From positions 20,223,292-20,287,291 of the forward strand of contig OZ316898.1 of assembly GCA_973895155.1 (NCBI GenBank): DNA of 64,000 nt, written 5' to 3'. How positions within the stretch are numbered: position 1 is the stretch's first letter; each line of letters opens with the position of its first letter. The notes beneath the pieces were generated by a model, which searched no databases, was not told the origin of the DNA, and was given only the letters and a program-made list of their open reading frames with translations. The DNA comes from Marsupella aquatica. Its lineage: Eukaryota; Plantae; Marchantiophyta. The position numbers and the translations under genes are program-made. Positions 35,675 through 49,061 of this stretch are shown piece after piece.

Positions 35675-38600
35675 TCATTTCCGTTGGCTTTTGGAGTAGA
35701 AACGGAGGACAATGTAGAGGAGGAAACGGTAGACTAAGCCCCACAGTACTATGAATGCGAGATCCGCCGCAATTGTGAACTGAGTCATATCCAATGCCTG
35801 AACAACGCCATCACCAAACAGATAGCAATCCGAAGCCTTACCGTTCGGGAGTGGGAGGGGAGTGAATGAAGTGGTGGTTCGCAGAGGACCTGGAGTGGGC
35901 AGAACTGGAACTTTGGAGAAACATTTATCTTTTCTAAACTCATTCTGCAGAGCAGCCTCCAATGCGTATTTCATGGTGGACATATAGTGCAGCCATTGCC
36001 AGTAAATGGGAATTTCAGACCTCTTAACAAAGTACCCACAGGTGAGGAAAGACAACGCCGAGAGACTGATGACGACGGCATAGCCAGCAACAAAGTTCGG
36101 CACCAGGGCGCTGACGAGTATGGCAAATGAGTTGGCGGCCACCACGAGAGCGAAGAGGTCGAGAGTCAAGATCAGGAAACCTGTGAAACCTCCGTCAAGT
36201 TTAAGTGCCCACCAAGCAATGAGCACATAAGTGACGGCCTGCAAGGCATTGGCCGGGAGGTATACAAGCAGATTCGCCACAGTGTAAGAGGACGCTCGAT
36301 ACGCCTTGCTGCCCGTCTCTTTGATGAAGATATATCTCTCCTCGATGAATGTCGGGAGAGCATCGTTGCAAGAGAACAAGATGAGGGAAATCACGAAGAC
36401 AAAGTAGGAGATCCGTTTGTTGATGCCTTCCAAATTCCGATGTGGGTTCATCAACAGAGTCGCTAGTAACATACTCAACACCGCAGCTTTCAAATTCCTG
36501 GAGATGAACAATTCCGGAGAGCGAATCACATTCTTAGACGTCCTCTTCATGAGGATCATCACTTCCCTGAGCCATCCGTTCTCGTACCTCGATCCCTCCG
36601 CCGCCGCACCACACAACTTCAATAATCCAGATGACTCAATTTCCGGCCTCTTCCTCTCATCCCTTGGGTTCCGAGAAGAAGGCGTCTCTAAATCTCGCAC
36701 AACCTCCGAGAGGGTTTTTGTAGAGCGTAAGCTGGAAATGACGGAAAGAGGGGTGAGGCTGGCTACCATAGAAATCGATGTGCGCGGCGTGATTGCAGGG
36801 GTCAAATGATGGGTTGGTGTGTGTCCTGGGGGAGTGGCACTCAAGAATGCCTTGCCGGTGTAGAAATCGTGGGCCAAGCTCAGCTCACGGGTTCGGCGAG
36901 TCCGCAGGTTGGTGAGAGAGTGATCAAATCCTCCGTCTTCAGCAGTGAAGTCTCTGCTCAATCTGGGAGTGCTCGGGGCCGATTTCCGAAGCGCTGATCG
37001 AGCAATGACCAGATTTTTTGCGCCATCTCGCTGGAATTGCACGAGTGGGTCCAGGCCAGTGTCGGATTCGTCATATTCTTTGATCATTTCTATGAAATGC
37101 TCGACATCGTTCTCATTCTTTGGAACCTCGGAGCCAAATGCTGCTATGTATCCTGTCAGCTCGGCTGGTGCTCCCTGATACACGACCTTGCCCCTACACA
37201 GCCACATTCACATTCCAGCAAAGCAAAGGTCAGTTCATATATTTTCTTGAAGGCATTTCTTGAAGGCACTAGTATATATTAAGCTGCAAGAGACATGATT
37301 CCCAAAGAGGACCCAATCAAGGGAATGCAAGCAAAGAGCCATAAGGCTAGAGCAAACAAGCAAGGAGCGCACCACAAAACTAACCAGTAGCAAAAGACCT
37401 AAAACCCTGCATATAGGCAAACCGAGTTTTGACCTAAACTGTGATATGTTGAGCACAAAATGATGCAAATTTATGAATCCAGAGATGACCAATTCCCCAA
37501 ACTCAAAAGAACACAAGCCTAGAAAGCAGTAAAAATGAGAAGAAAAAAATTATCACTGCAAGTGTGCTGATCTTATGGTCAAAATCTAGTGTCGCAAGAC
37601 CCAAGAGGCCAAAGGAAAGATAGACAAGACCCACTCTGCCCATCACCAGCTCAGGGTCTCACTATGTGGAGCCCCTCCATTGCATGCAATGCTTTGAAGG
37701 CTCAATGACCCTGAAACTTAAGAAAATTAGACAGTTGTTGAGGGGAACATTTTTAACCTTATTAATTTGGATTATTCTTGGCATTGGTTTCTCAAAGGTG
37801 GGGATGTCAAAGGCCGGAAAGTTTCTAGACTTTGTCCTTCAATCATTTTGCTTAATATGTCATTTAGCCTGGTTAATGAGGCGGTCCAGGCACAAAGTTC
37901 TCCTTAAATGATGCCAGCATCAGGTTAGGGCCATTACCTTAAGGGCCGGCTACATGCACAACAACTGTAAGGCTGTTGTACATGTAGCCTGCCCTTCAAT
38001 TTGCAGCCCTAAACCAATCATGGTCTGGTAGCATATTAGTTCAGGAGAAGTTAGTGCCTGAACCGCCTCATCAACCGGGCTCAATGGCTTGTTATGCAGA
38101 TGTCCGACAAACTGCGCACCCACCCAGCCTTTGACATGATCCCAATCTTTGAAACTCAAATAAAACACACACAGCAGCAGCCAGAGCACCATGGCTTCAC
38201 CAGGTCTATCTCTCAGTGTGTTTTCTCGATAGTATGGGGAGATTTATGGGCCTCAAAGGCTACATGCAAGATAGCTTTATGTGACACTCTCAATGGGTGG
38301 TGCAAGCTTTCTTTTATCAGTGTTCAAGTGTTGTAGCTATACTGCCACCAGGAGGGTCCTATTCCATGATTGCATGCCTTGTGCGAACTCCGATGTTTAA
38401 TAACTCTCTAAAAGTAACAGGAACCTCAAAAAACCCACCAATCATTTATTTACATGTGACAAATAATGAACCATGTGATGACAAGTGGCACTTTATGAAT
38501 TGTTACTCACTGTCTGACTTCCTGACTTCCTGGTTGCTTCTAAATACTTCCCTAAAATGAATAAAACACCCCTTACTTTGTTTGCACAGATGTCAACATT

Positions 38601-40599
38601 TGTGGAAGTGACCCCCCAGGTTGCATGCCTGCCCTGACCCCACAACCCACCTCATATCCGTTGAAAAGGGAGAACCTCTGGAATTCAATAAAGCTTTGGG
38701 ATCGCTCTTCAAACCATCCCAAATCCAGCTGGGCATACCCCATTGAATGGGGCTCCCATGGAGTGAAATAGAAACCTATCAATAGTTTTTATGTATCTCT
38801 ACTAGTGGGTTAGAGTATTCTACACGGTCCAAACCACTTACCAGCCAATCAGCAGTCAACCATGAGAGTCTCCTGATGACGTGCATTTCTAATCTATTTT
38901 ATTCAAATCAAGTTGCAAAACATGAACTGCGGTAGAATATCCAAGATGCGTGGATTGTGCAAAAACTCTGAAATGTAGTGAAGGCACGAAGAGTCCACGA
39001 CAAGATCGAAATTAAAGTTACATTAGATAAATATATTATCAAGGGAGCTTAGGAAGTTCAGGAAGCCTAGGATTCTCATGCAAAGCTCTTGGAAGCACTT
39101 GCATGGAATTTTCAAAGAAACAAAGTTCAAAATTGGTCACGAAGCTGTGTGGAATTGAGCTTTTTGGTTATCTGACGATGAGTTCATAACGTCATTGAGC
39201 ACCTGATGAAGAGCGAAATGGAAGGGTCAAGATTTTGGTGGAAGGATAATTAGTCTCTCACCTGGCAAGGATGATGATACGGCCGAACATGATCTGGATA
39301 CGGTAAGACGGTTGATGGATGGTGAGCAAAATTGTGCTGCCGGCTCCGGCGATGTCGATGAGCTTCTCCATCACTATATACGCGCTGGTCGAGTCCAAAC
39401 CTGAAGATCCTCAGTGGATCGAGGATAAATGAGAGGAACAACATCAACGTGAATGCGACGGATAACAAATTATTTCAAGACATTTCAACGTGAATTAAGA
39501 GTCCAAACCTGAGGTTGGTTCATCTAAGAAAAGCAACGACGGACGATGAATAATATCAACTCCTATCGAGACTCTCCGCTTTTCTCCTCCCGATATTCCT
39601 CGGTTTTTCTCGTCTCCAACGTAAGTTTGAGCACAATTCTGCGTGTAATTAACCAACAATCTCAGCAAATTCAACATACGTTCAATCCAACAAAAGTGAT
39701 CGGTCATTCTGATGATCTGGACGGAAAGGACATTTAATTACGGCTCCATTCAAACCTTTCGATCTCAAACTGTTCTGACTCCAGTTCTTGAAGTCGAGGG
39801 TCTTCTGGAAAAGTCGTGGACACGATACGAATTGTATTGTAATGACCTTTCATTCAGTGGCAGACCGAGGGACAGATACAGCAAGGATGAAATACCAATT
39901 AAATAATTTTACAGGAGAGGAAAATTTTAAGAATGGTTCAAATTATCGATACTGGAGCAGTAATGGCTCAAATCGTACTAGTTGTGATTTCGAAGCTGTA
40001 TGCTAGAGAAAGATTGACATGTAATTTACCTCAAGACCAAGCTGCGTGATTAGAGCCTGGACATGGTCAGCTTTCTCGGAGTGCGAAAGCTTCGTGGGGA
40101 GGCGCACCTCAGCAGCGAACATGAAGGTCTCAGTAACTGTTAGAAAGGGGAAGAGAAGGTCTTCCTGCATCACGTACGCGCTGTTGCGCTTGATATAGCT
40201 GCCGGTCACCTGCTGCCCATCCAGCTGCACTGTCCCGCCGAGACTCCGTTGCTCAATGCGGCCGGCCAGAGCGTCCAGGAAGGTGGACTTGCCAGCACCG
40301 CTCGGTCCCATGATTCCCGTCAATTGGCCTCTGATAGCCTTTCCCGAAATCCCTTGCAGAAGGTCGACGGGATAGGACTCCCATTTTCCGTCGATCTTCT
40401 CCTGCTTGACGACAGTGTACGTGAGATCTTCGAACTCGAGGCCCAATTCAGCGGTAAACTTCGTCGGCTCTACACCTTGAACGGCTTCAGCATTCGGTAC
40501 TCCAAAATCGAGTTCTCTGTCGCCGCTACGGGACGGCACCTTGTCGATGTCCTCCAGGACAGTTTTCAGCGTCTTCCTGTCATCCTCCTGATGATTCAT
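35675..40599 (-). CDS. STR: Half-size ABCG transporter, STUNTED ARBUSCULE (STR) ortholog; 4 exons, 785 aa
   Basis: Exons (minus): 40030-40599, 39509-39638, 39262-39400, 35675-37193; total 2358 nt. Walker [10 protein letters not shown], signature [12 protein letters not shown], Walker [14 protein letters not shown]-loop TIHQPS. Segments matching the STR clade as I recall them: [47 protein letters not shown], a long TP-rich linker with [15 protein letters not shown]...[13 protein letters not shown], then a TM domain. Confidence 0.85.
38348..38620. mobile_element. MITE family E copy within STR intron 3
   Basis: Clear similarity to 17510-17750 (aaaaaacccaccaatcatttatt, catgtgatgacaagtggca, gatgtcaacatttgtggaagtgacc); ends gtgaccccccagg. 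Confidence 0.75.
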
Positions 40600-41665
40600 A
40601 TTTCGAAGTGCTCGATCGGATCCGAAGCGAAAAAAATGCTGCCAAGGTGCTTCGATCCTGAAGACCTTCCAAAAACGCCTTACGGTGTCATTCCTCAGAC
40701 TGTCGAGTCTGAGATCAAATAGTTTGTGGCGACAACATCAGAGACTTAAATTAACAGGTACCTGTTAAAACAACTCACGGTACACAATCTGCGGCCGACG
40801 AACAGATGCCGTAATGTGGTCAAGAAGAATTTGCATGGAGCGGTGGGTGAAGTCCCATCACACATATTCTCCTAAAGACAAAGGGCGGACACTTGATCTG
40901 AACAACATGACATTCCCAACGTGCGGCAGTCCGATGACAGAATTAACCCACGAGCTAGCTGCTTGCTTTGGAAAGTTCTCGAAAGGGGAATTGGTGTTCG
41001 TGATCTGTGAGGCAGCTACAACACCATAGCTGGATCAACTCGTGGCAATGACTGTTTTCTCTCATCTCTATTTCACGCTTCTCATAATTTTCTTCCTTTT
41101 TCCCTTGTTATACCTGTCAGTGTTTGATAGAATCACCATCACTATTATCTTTCTCAAACCCACTTCATATACCGTCTTCTTCCCTTGTTTGAGTGGGTAT
41201 CCTGTTTTGGAATCCTGTATCCCAAATTAGCTCTTTTTATTCTTCCCTAGTGCTTCCAAAGAGCCACTAGCCATGGTGTATTCTTAAAGAGCCACTAGCC
41301 ATGTTTCACCAATTTTAGTATTCTCCCAAGTCTCGTGGTAGAGAAGAGAAAGGAATGTGAGAGGTCTTTGGACACTTCTCCTGGCCAGTGGTGGCTTAAA
41401 CAACAAATTAGAGATAAACATCAATTTCAATATAATTTAATAAATTATCTTGTTTGATTCCTTCTAATCATCTTTTAACCTAAAAATTCAGAATAGAGCT
41501 TCCCACTATTTGAGGCCTTGATTTTCATATCAGGTGTTTATACTCGCTAGCATCCCAAATAGACCTTCTAGCTCAAAAGTCTATAATTACTAGCAACATG
41601 CCACACATGTGGTCACACTTTCAAATCTCATTGGGGATGATTTCATGGTGAAGGTAAAATAAACA

Positions 41666-42181
41666 CAGTAAGGTCTACTGAGGATAAGTGCAGCATATAT
41701 AAGTGCATTCGGTGGGTAACTGCAGGTCAGTCATGTAGTCCCATAATATTACAGCATTTTCTTTGTAAATGCACCAAAAAAAGGGCATCATTTTGTAAAT
41801 GCACCAAAAAAAATGCAGGTTGACGTCACTAAACCACAAAATAATACAAAAGCACATTTCAGTGTGCACATCCATTAATCAATTACTGCAACACATACTC
41901 TAGAAGCATTTATTGATACACATGGTAGTTTCATGCACTTACCCAGTTGAATCGTGCAGTATGAGGATTCCAGGTATGAGGAGTCTGATGTATATGACTT
42001 GACAGACCCTTGCAGCAGTGCATAACTGATTCCACGTGCACTAATTGGAAAGTGCAACATGCACATATGAAGAAGTGCATAAATGACACCCATGCACTTA
42101 CGGCATAGTGCATAACATGGATAAGTGCAGGCTTGGGGTGTATTCCCGGGAGCATGCACTTAGACACGGTAAACAGTATAC
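41666..42181. mobile_element. Non-autonomous CACTA-type element about 1.1 kb upstream of the STR start codon
   Basis: Degenerate termini cagtaaggtctact / ggtaaacagtata; internal ggataagtgca motifs match the reverse complement of 61508-61999. Confidence 0.55.
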
Positions 42182-44989
42182 ACCCCTAATAAAAAAGGAC
42201 ATTAAAGATAAAATAAACCATGAGAAAATATAATTACACAAAAATTGAAAATAGCTCCTTATTATCAGTCTGGCCTCCCTCCTCCTCCCTCCTCAGTTAT
42301 GTCCTCCTCCTCAAACATTTTTCTGATCCTGGGAGCTCTGGAACAAATCACAATTGTTGTCATTGTTGTTGCAATAATAGCAGCAATGATAGAACTGTCA
42401 CTGACAAGCAAAGCAGGCCACTATGATAATGACAAAATCTTTTGCATAGAGATTAATATAAGCGTACAAAGCAAGAAACCACCTGGATGGTGTAAGATGA
42501 GATGATTTAAACTTTAGTGTTTAGATGTACATGTAGGCACGGACAAGCAAAGCAAGTCACAGTGATAAATAATGACAAAATCATTTCGGCAGAGATTCAT
42601 ACAAGCGCACAAAGCAAGGAACCAGCTGGCTGAAGTAATATATTAAGATAATTTAAACTTTAGTATTCAGTTGGGCATGTAAAGATGGTGCGAAATTGGT
42701 GACATCTTATAATTTAAGCAAGTCTTGGATGAACCTGGATGATCCTCTCCTCTTTTGAGGTACCGTGGAGGTGAGCCTATTGGAGTGGTTGGGGTGGGAC
42801 ATTCACCTAGGTATCATCATCTCCAGAAAATGGGGGTATCTAAGCATTGCTGATTCCATACAAGTTCACCCATGCAAGGATATCATAAATCTAGATAATG
42901 GTGCTAAGTACCAACATTTTCTTAGTCCTTTTGGTGTCTACTTTTTCTCTTAGACAAGTAAGAATGTTGTAAAACATACAGTGAACATGTTTTCAAATCT
43001 TGTATATGTTTCTATCTTAATTAAAGTACTCATGGTCATTTCTTGCTGAATATAAGTGCATATGATATGATGTTTGTGTGTTTGCTTCCAGGCAAAAATT
43101 CATGAAGGCTCTTTCATCACGCGCATTTCATATTAATTTCTTGGTTTCATGGTCTAATATATTTGTACTATCATTCCATGGCATGCAATCAATGACTCTC
43201 CAGTCTCAGAGTGTACTGTCTTGTCTCAAACTCATGACATAGACAGTTAAAAGATTCTTCTTCTTGTGTCCTTCTGAATTGTCCTGGTTTGCACATGTAT
43301 TAGTATTATACTTACTGGTGTTCGTCTATTTCTTCAGCATGGGTCCAACGTGTCATGCTCTCCGGTCTTCCTCGAGTTTCTCCATTGTTTCTCCTGCCTT
43401 AGTTTGGGGATCCTGTCTCGAGGTTTGAAGGTTTCATTTTGTCAAGAATTACCCAATCTGCCTTTTAGGAAATTAATCTGGCACCACTGGCTGCATTTCA
43501 CTTTACAAGACCTTGGGGGCCATAACATGATTTCCAAAGATGCTTTGATCCCCGGGACACTATATTTGGTGTCTGAAATGGCCCTCCAGTGCTTTGGTGA
43601 AAAAACCTCACAAGTGCCCCAAACTTTTCAACTTCTTGTAAAGTCACCTTCATTAATGCTTTGGCAGTGTTATGCACTTTGCCTCATTTTTGCAATACAT
43701 CTCACCCTTCCAAGTCAAATGAAGCCTCCCCAAGAGCCTGCCCTAGAGAATCTCCAAAGTGATTTTTTTTTTGTTTTAAGTTGGAAAGCTCAGCCTTTAT
43801 ATTATAAACTGGTTGGTGAAACCAAAACCAGGGAGGCGTGACCACCAGCCGAGGCTACTGTTTGATTTCGTGACCACCAGCCTAGGCAACTGTTTGATTT
43901 CTTGCTTGAATTTGGGATGGAGTATGTTTGAACAGTATTCTCGATCATTACAAAGCATGGCGCTGACACAATCGGGGACAAAATATGTGTGTTTCTCTGT
44001 GTTTGTAGTGGAAGCCAAGAGTAATGTTATTTTTGCTCAATTTTCCATACGTAAATATAGGCAGATGTTGTGCCAGCTCACGAGAGCCCAACTCCAGAAC
44101 TAAAGCTTTGCTACCCATAGTTTAATTCGTCCATTGATTCGAAGGAAACGTCAGCTGCCATGCTCAAAGGCACTTGAAAGATGAATTTATTTCAATGTTA
44201 ACTATCCTTGGCGACATAGATGGGTGAACTCAATCTCCGAGGCATAGATTGACCCACTTCAATCTTTCGAGAATAACTCAAATCAATTCAATTCTGTTGA
44301 CAGACATAAATTATAGACGGGTTAGTGGAATCCAGATCGACACTTGGACAACATACGTAGAATGTCTTGTTTAGTTGCCTCCTCCTGAGGCACAGCTTCT
44401 GTCCTGGTGCCGGCCTCCCCGGTTGTTAGCTCTCCTACCTTTGGTCCTTTGGGATGGACCCTATTTTGGGCCCCCTAGCCTATTTGTATGCTGGCTATTT
44501 GAACGGAATTCATTTGATGTTTTCGAGGCAAAAAAAAAACATACGTAGATTGTTTATACACGACATGCACATTCATGGATTCTTTACATAAGTCCAGATT
44601 CAGATCGTTAAGTGAAGCTCACAGTCTACTATATATCGAGTGTCTTTTGTATTTCAGAACAGTTCGGTCCGATTCCAGATGCAGAATTGTTTGACGGAGC
44701 TTTACCTTCAGTAGTTGAGTCTTTGACAAGAAACCTGTGACCGAATTCCGGTGAAGAATGGCGGCGAGTGAGTAGCTGGGTTCAGCTCATCACCATACTA
44801 GTAAGTATACTGCCAAGGACAACACAGGACTTTCTAATTTGTGGATTGTACGTCACAACCTACAGAAATCACTTGCTTTTTATACAGCTAACAGCCGAGG
44901 ACATAAACCGTTAGAATGTTTTGATTTGGGGGGGATTTTCAACCACTACCACACTTGCACTGCATGGATACGACTGGTGTAATGGTGGA

Positions 44990-45825
44990 AACAACTGTCA
45001 GGCGAGACAGTGTTTCGAAACTCTGCTAAATATGTCCAGCGGCCAATTGAACCAAAAGTGAGTAGCATGAGTTGGCTGTCAATTGAAACAAAGACAACAT
45101 ATTCTTCTTCAGGCTTCCTGACCAACCTTTGCTTAACTTAGAGATGCATGGCAAGCGCCGTGATCTATGATATCAGTGTGCCATGACTTGTATGGCATCA
45201 CTCTGAGACGTATATGAGTTTTGAGGCACACGTACCTTATTATTCGACATTTATGAGGACATTGGAATTGTGGAAATGTGACTGGTCCGGACTCCAAAAA
45301 ATCTGCAGTATTTATGCAGCTTTCATGCTCTTGCACATCATGCAATGATTGGAATTGATTTCATGGGATTACCCTATGAGCGTTCAATTTTCTCGTAGAA
45401 TCCTTAACTTTATTGTCGGTTCTAGAAGCTTATGAGCTCGCAACGAATGGCGAGTGAACAATTGTTGTCAGGTGGCAACAATTGTCAAGACAGTGGTCCG
45501 GAACTCTGCTAAAAATGTCCATCGTTCAATTAAACCGAAAGTAATTGGCAAAAGTTGTCAAGCCGCTCTTCTACAGGCTTCTGACGTTTACAGATGCGTG
45601 GCAAGGCCGTGATCTGTAAGCAGTGTTCCCATTCATGTCCGAATGACACGAGTTTTGAGGCACACGTTAGGTTTAGAATTTAGGTGGAATTCGCTGTGGA
45701 GAGACTGGTCAGGACTCCAAATCATCGTTACATTCATGCGGCTTTCGTGCACCTGCAAATCACGACTATGCTCCAATGACTTTGATTTGTTTTCGATTTG
45801 ATTTGAATTCATTGGATTACCCTCC
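44990..45825 (+). repeat. Diverged tandem duplication (about 44990-45375 and 45477-45825)
   Basis: Collinear blocks aactctgctaaa.atgtcca, caggcttc, tggcaag..ccgtgatct, gagttttgaggcacacgt, gactggtc..ggactccaaaa, ggattaccct. Confidence 0.75.
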
Positions 45826-47514
45826 ATAACAGCCTTCGCACAATTAGTCATGGAATTTGATGGACGTTCTATTTGTGTCTTGAGTGATAACGGCCGCCTG
45901 TGGAGAATCTGAGGTGTCAGGCATGAGGACATCCCACTTGAATTCTGCTCATTGCAACTTATTTTTAGGATTAAACTCACGGTCCACTTTCTCGCGCTGA
46001 ACCGCAATCAATCGAACCCACAATCGAATTTGATGGCACGCAGCTCATCCGAACATCAAGGTCCAACAAACTACTTTCCATGGCGAAATATCGGGCACCG
46101 TTGAGCTACAGCCAATGGAATTTGTGATGCGTATCACTACGCGTCCCCAAAGTTAGATAAAATGTCTAACCACTGATGTTTTTGTGACATGCTCAATTTG
46201 GAATACCTCAGACTTCGCAACACTGAAACGTTATTGACTCACACAGTAGTATGGCAATTGGGCAAAGCAACTAGAACTAGAGGATCGCGTTTCTCACTCC
46301 ACCAACCAGAGGAATGTATATCAGTCCTCGCAGAATCATCTCCATGATCCACACGCAGGGCACACATCTAAAGGATTTGCGTTCGGTGAAATGCGCGCCG
46401 CGTGCTACGGGTTTGACGCTGCGATAGAGATAAGAAAGCACAAACTAACGCTCAGATTTTGCGTGTGGGCCCCAACCCATAAAGGGCCATGTAGGGATCA
46501 CGTGAGCGAGGCCCGAAAGGAAAGGAACCGAAACGAAATGGAAGGAAACGAAAGAGGACGCAGATTGGAAGGGAGGTCTGCAGTGGAGGAGGGAACGGAG
46601 GGAAGACTGTGGAAGTACAATTCAGAGGGTGGACCGTGATTCATTATTGACGACAGAAAATAATGTCCCACAAACATCCTGGGCGGAGCTTTTCGCGTTC
46701 ACAGGAGCAGAGACGGAGGGGCTGACCGACTTCATTATTTTGTCTGGTACAGTCATCTCGAAGGTGGACAGCGTAATCTCGTGGCTATGGTGTGGGACAC
46801 CTGCAAGATATCAATGACAGACACACTCCAAGACACGTCTTAGGCGGCCAACTAAACTAGACCGCTTCAGCACTGCTGAGTGCTGACTAGTGACTCCTGT
46901 TTGGCAGCTTGGGAGATACTTTACATGCAACCACTTCCTTCCACCAGCAAACCCTGAATGGAGGTAATTAAAGTGAGACAACATGACCGCCATACTCTAA
47001 TCCAATTTAGGCATTTAGCCCACCACTCGCTCAATTTGTGGGAAGACAACACAGGTCCTTCTCTCACAGTTTTTTACCTTTTTTTTTGGGGGGGGGGAGA
47101 TTTTTGACTAATGATAGTGCCGTGGTGTCACCAGGTACAGGAGTGGGGGGTGACAGTGGGGGTAGTAACAGCCACTGTCCCCGAAGACAGGACATTGACT
47201 ATTGATTTCTTTTGACTAATTATGGTACTGACATGGATTTATTGAGTTTGGCTTTCGGGACAATGGTGGTTTAATTAAGAATAGGGTTACTTACTCTAAG
47301 CAAGCGCCGTGAGCCTTCTAGAAAATTTAAACCGTGACTATTGGGGCACAACTATGATTGGGGAGAAAACTGGAAGTGGACAAAATGGTACTCACCAAAA
47401 TTATATTTATGAGCAAAGCTATGATGTTCGGTCTAGTGCTCTAAACCACACAAAACCAAAACTCTTGGGTACTTTACTAAATAATGGTGTACGCAAGCCT
47501 GGAAGTATCTTTCA

Positions 47515-47760
47515 ATTACGCAGTCCCTCTTTGGAACATGGTTTCCCTGTCCCTGTCTCTCTCGAAAGAACCAACCAAAAAAAAATACAAGTTATGCAGT
47601 CCTTCTTTGAGAAGTTATGCAGTCCCTCTATGGGACATGGTTTCCCTGTCCCTTTCTCTCTGGAAAGAACCAGCAAACAAAAATACAAGTTATGCAGTCC
47701 CTCTTTGGGGCATGGTTTCCCTGTCCCTTTTTCTCTTGAAAGAACCAACCAAAACCAAAA
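47515..47760 (+). repeat. Tandem repeat, about 75-bp unit, 3 copies plus a partial unit
   Basis: ttaYgcagtccctct...catggtttccctgtccct...gaaagaacca repeated. Confidence 0.9.
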
Positions 47761-49061
47761 ATAGACTTGGGCGTGTAAAATCCATATACTAGAAACTCGC
47801 CCAGGAAAGCAGGTTGTTTCAACTTGCATACATTTCAAGGTTTTAGATTTTCTAGGACTCTGAAGTAGAGTTAGAACTTAGCCCTTCAAAGTTTACCAAC
47901 TTGCACCAAAACTTCTCCTGTAAGTCCTTCCATCAGCCTAAACACCCGTGCGTATGTACATGAAAGGTTCCCCATACCAGACTCCCCATGTCCATTCCTA
48001 AACTCACAAGAGCATAGTCTTAAAATCAATTTTATGTTTCCAGGAAAATTATGCAAGCCAATTACTTCCTTAAATCTACTCAATAGTTCTCAAATGATAG
48101 ATTTACAGTGCAAATTATAGTAACAATGTCCAAGTTCCAAAAGTGCTTTGGAAACATATACTACACGATCACCCCATGGTATCCTACTAATGATTGTATG
48201 TAATCGTGCAAGTATTATTTTGGTGCTATTTAATAGTACACAAGTACCCTTGCTGTCTGTAGCTAGCCCACCACCAAGCTTGAAAGGAATACTACAACAG
48301 CACAAAAAATCTAAGAGCAGGTTTGCGCCTCCATTTAGGGACGAAAAGTGTGACCATGAGCTCCGCTTTGTACTTGGTGCTGATGTGATCTGGGTGAGAC
48401 AGAACGTAAACTCCAAAAACTACCAAGAAACCTCAAAAAGTGACGGAAATTTCCACAAGTTTGACAGCTTCTCTGGAGTCCAAGCGAAAGCCACTCACGA
48501 GAGATCCTCTCCCTTTGAGGTGGGTGCCTAAAGTTCTCCATGAATCGAATAAACTCAGTCGACGACGCAGAAATCGAGGATGTCAAATCTTCCACAGCAG
48601 TGGTGAAGACCCCAGTCCGCAAATTGACCCTACCGTCAAGTCCATGATAGCCAATGTACGCGATCCATGCCAGCAATTTCAACGCATGCAAATAATCACC
48701 AACAAGCCAAACAGGCCCGGTCAATAAATGTAAAGAAATGCTCACTTGAAAAGGTTGACTCCCCTGCAAGTTCATTTCAAACCAAAGTCATGTCAAGCAT
48801 CTAAAGACAATTCTCTTCAAATTGGGATGTGCAGAGAAATCTCGAAAGTGTTTTTGTACTCTTCTCATATGTTTCCAATTGGTCAAAAAACCCCGGCCTC
48901 TACCGCGGGTCCTGGCCGATAAATAAGTGCGCGGGAATCAAATCAATCCACGAGCCATTTCCGGCCTTCGACCTTTTGTAGGACCCTGTGAAGCTAAGGA
49001 AATCTCCCTCGCTTTGAAACAAGGGTGAAGCATATACTCTGTGCATACTCTTTTATAATAC

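Noticed and set aside
39495-39497. Apparent premature stop after DEPTSGLDS in STR
   Set aside because: The TAA lies inside intron 2 (39401-39508); the spliced frame is open.
40815-40870. MYCS/CTTC-like (CTTCTTGacc) and P1BS-like (GAATATGT) motifs upstream of STR
   Set aside because: Both are imperfect matches, and my manual check of 40600-41040 found no AW-box; too weak to call.
47309-47838. Overlapping 100-150 aa ORFs
   Set aside because: They arise from the 75-bp tandem repeat and show no domain-like content.
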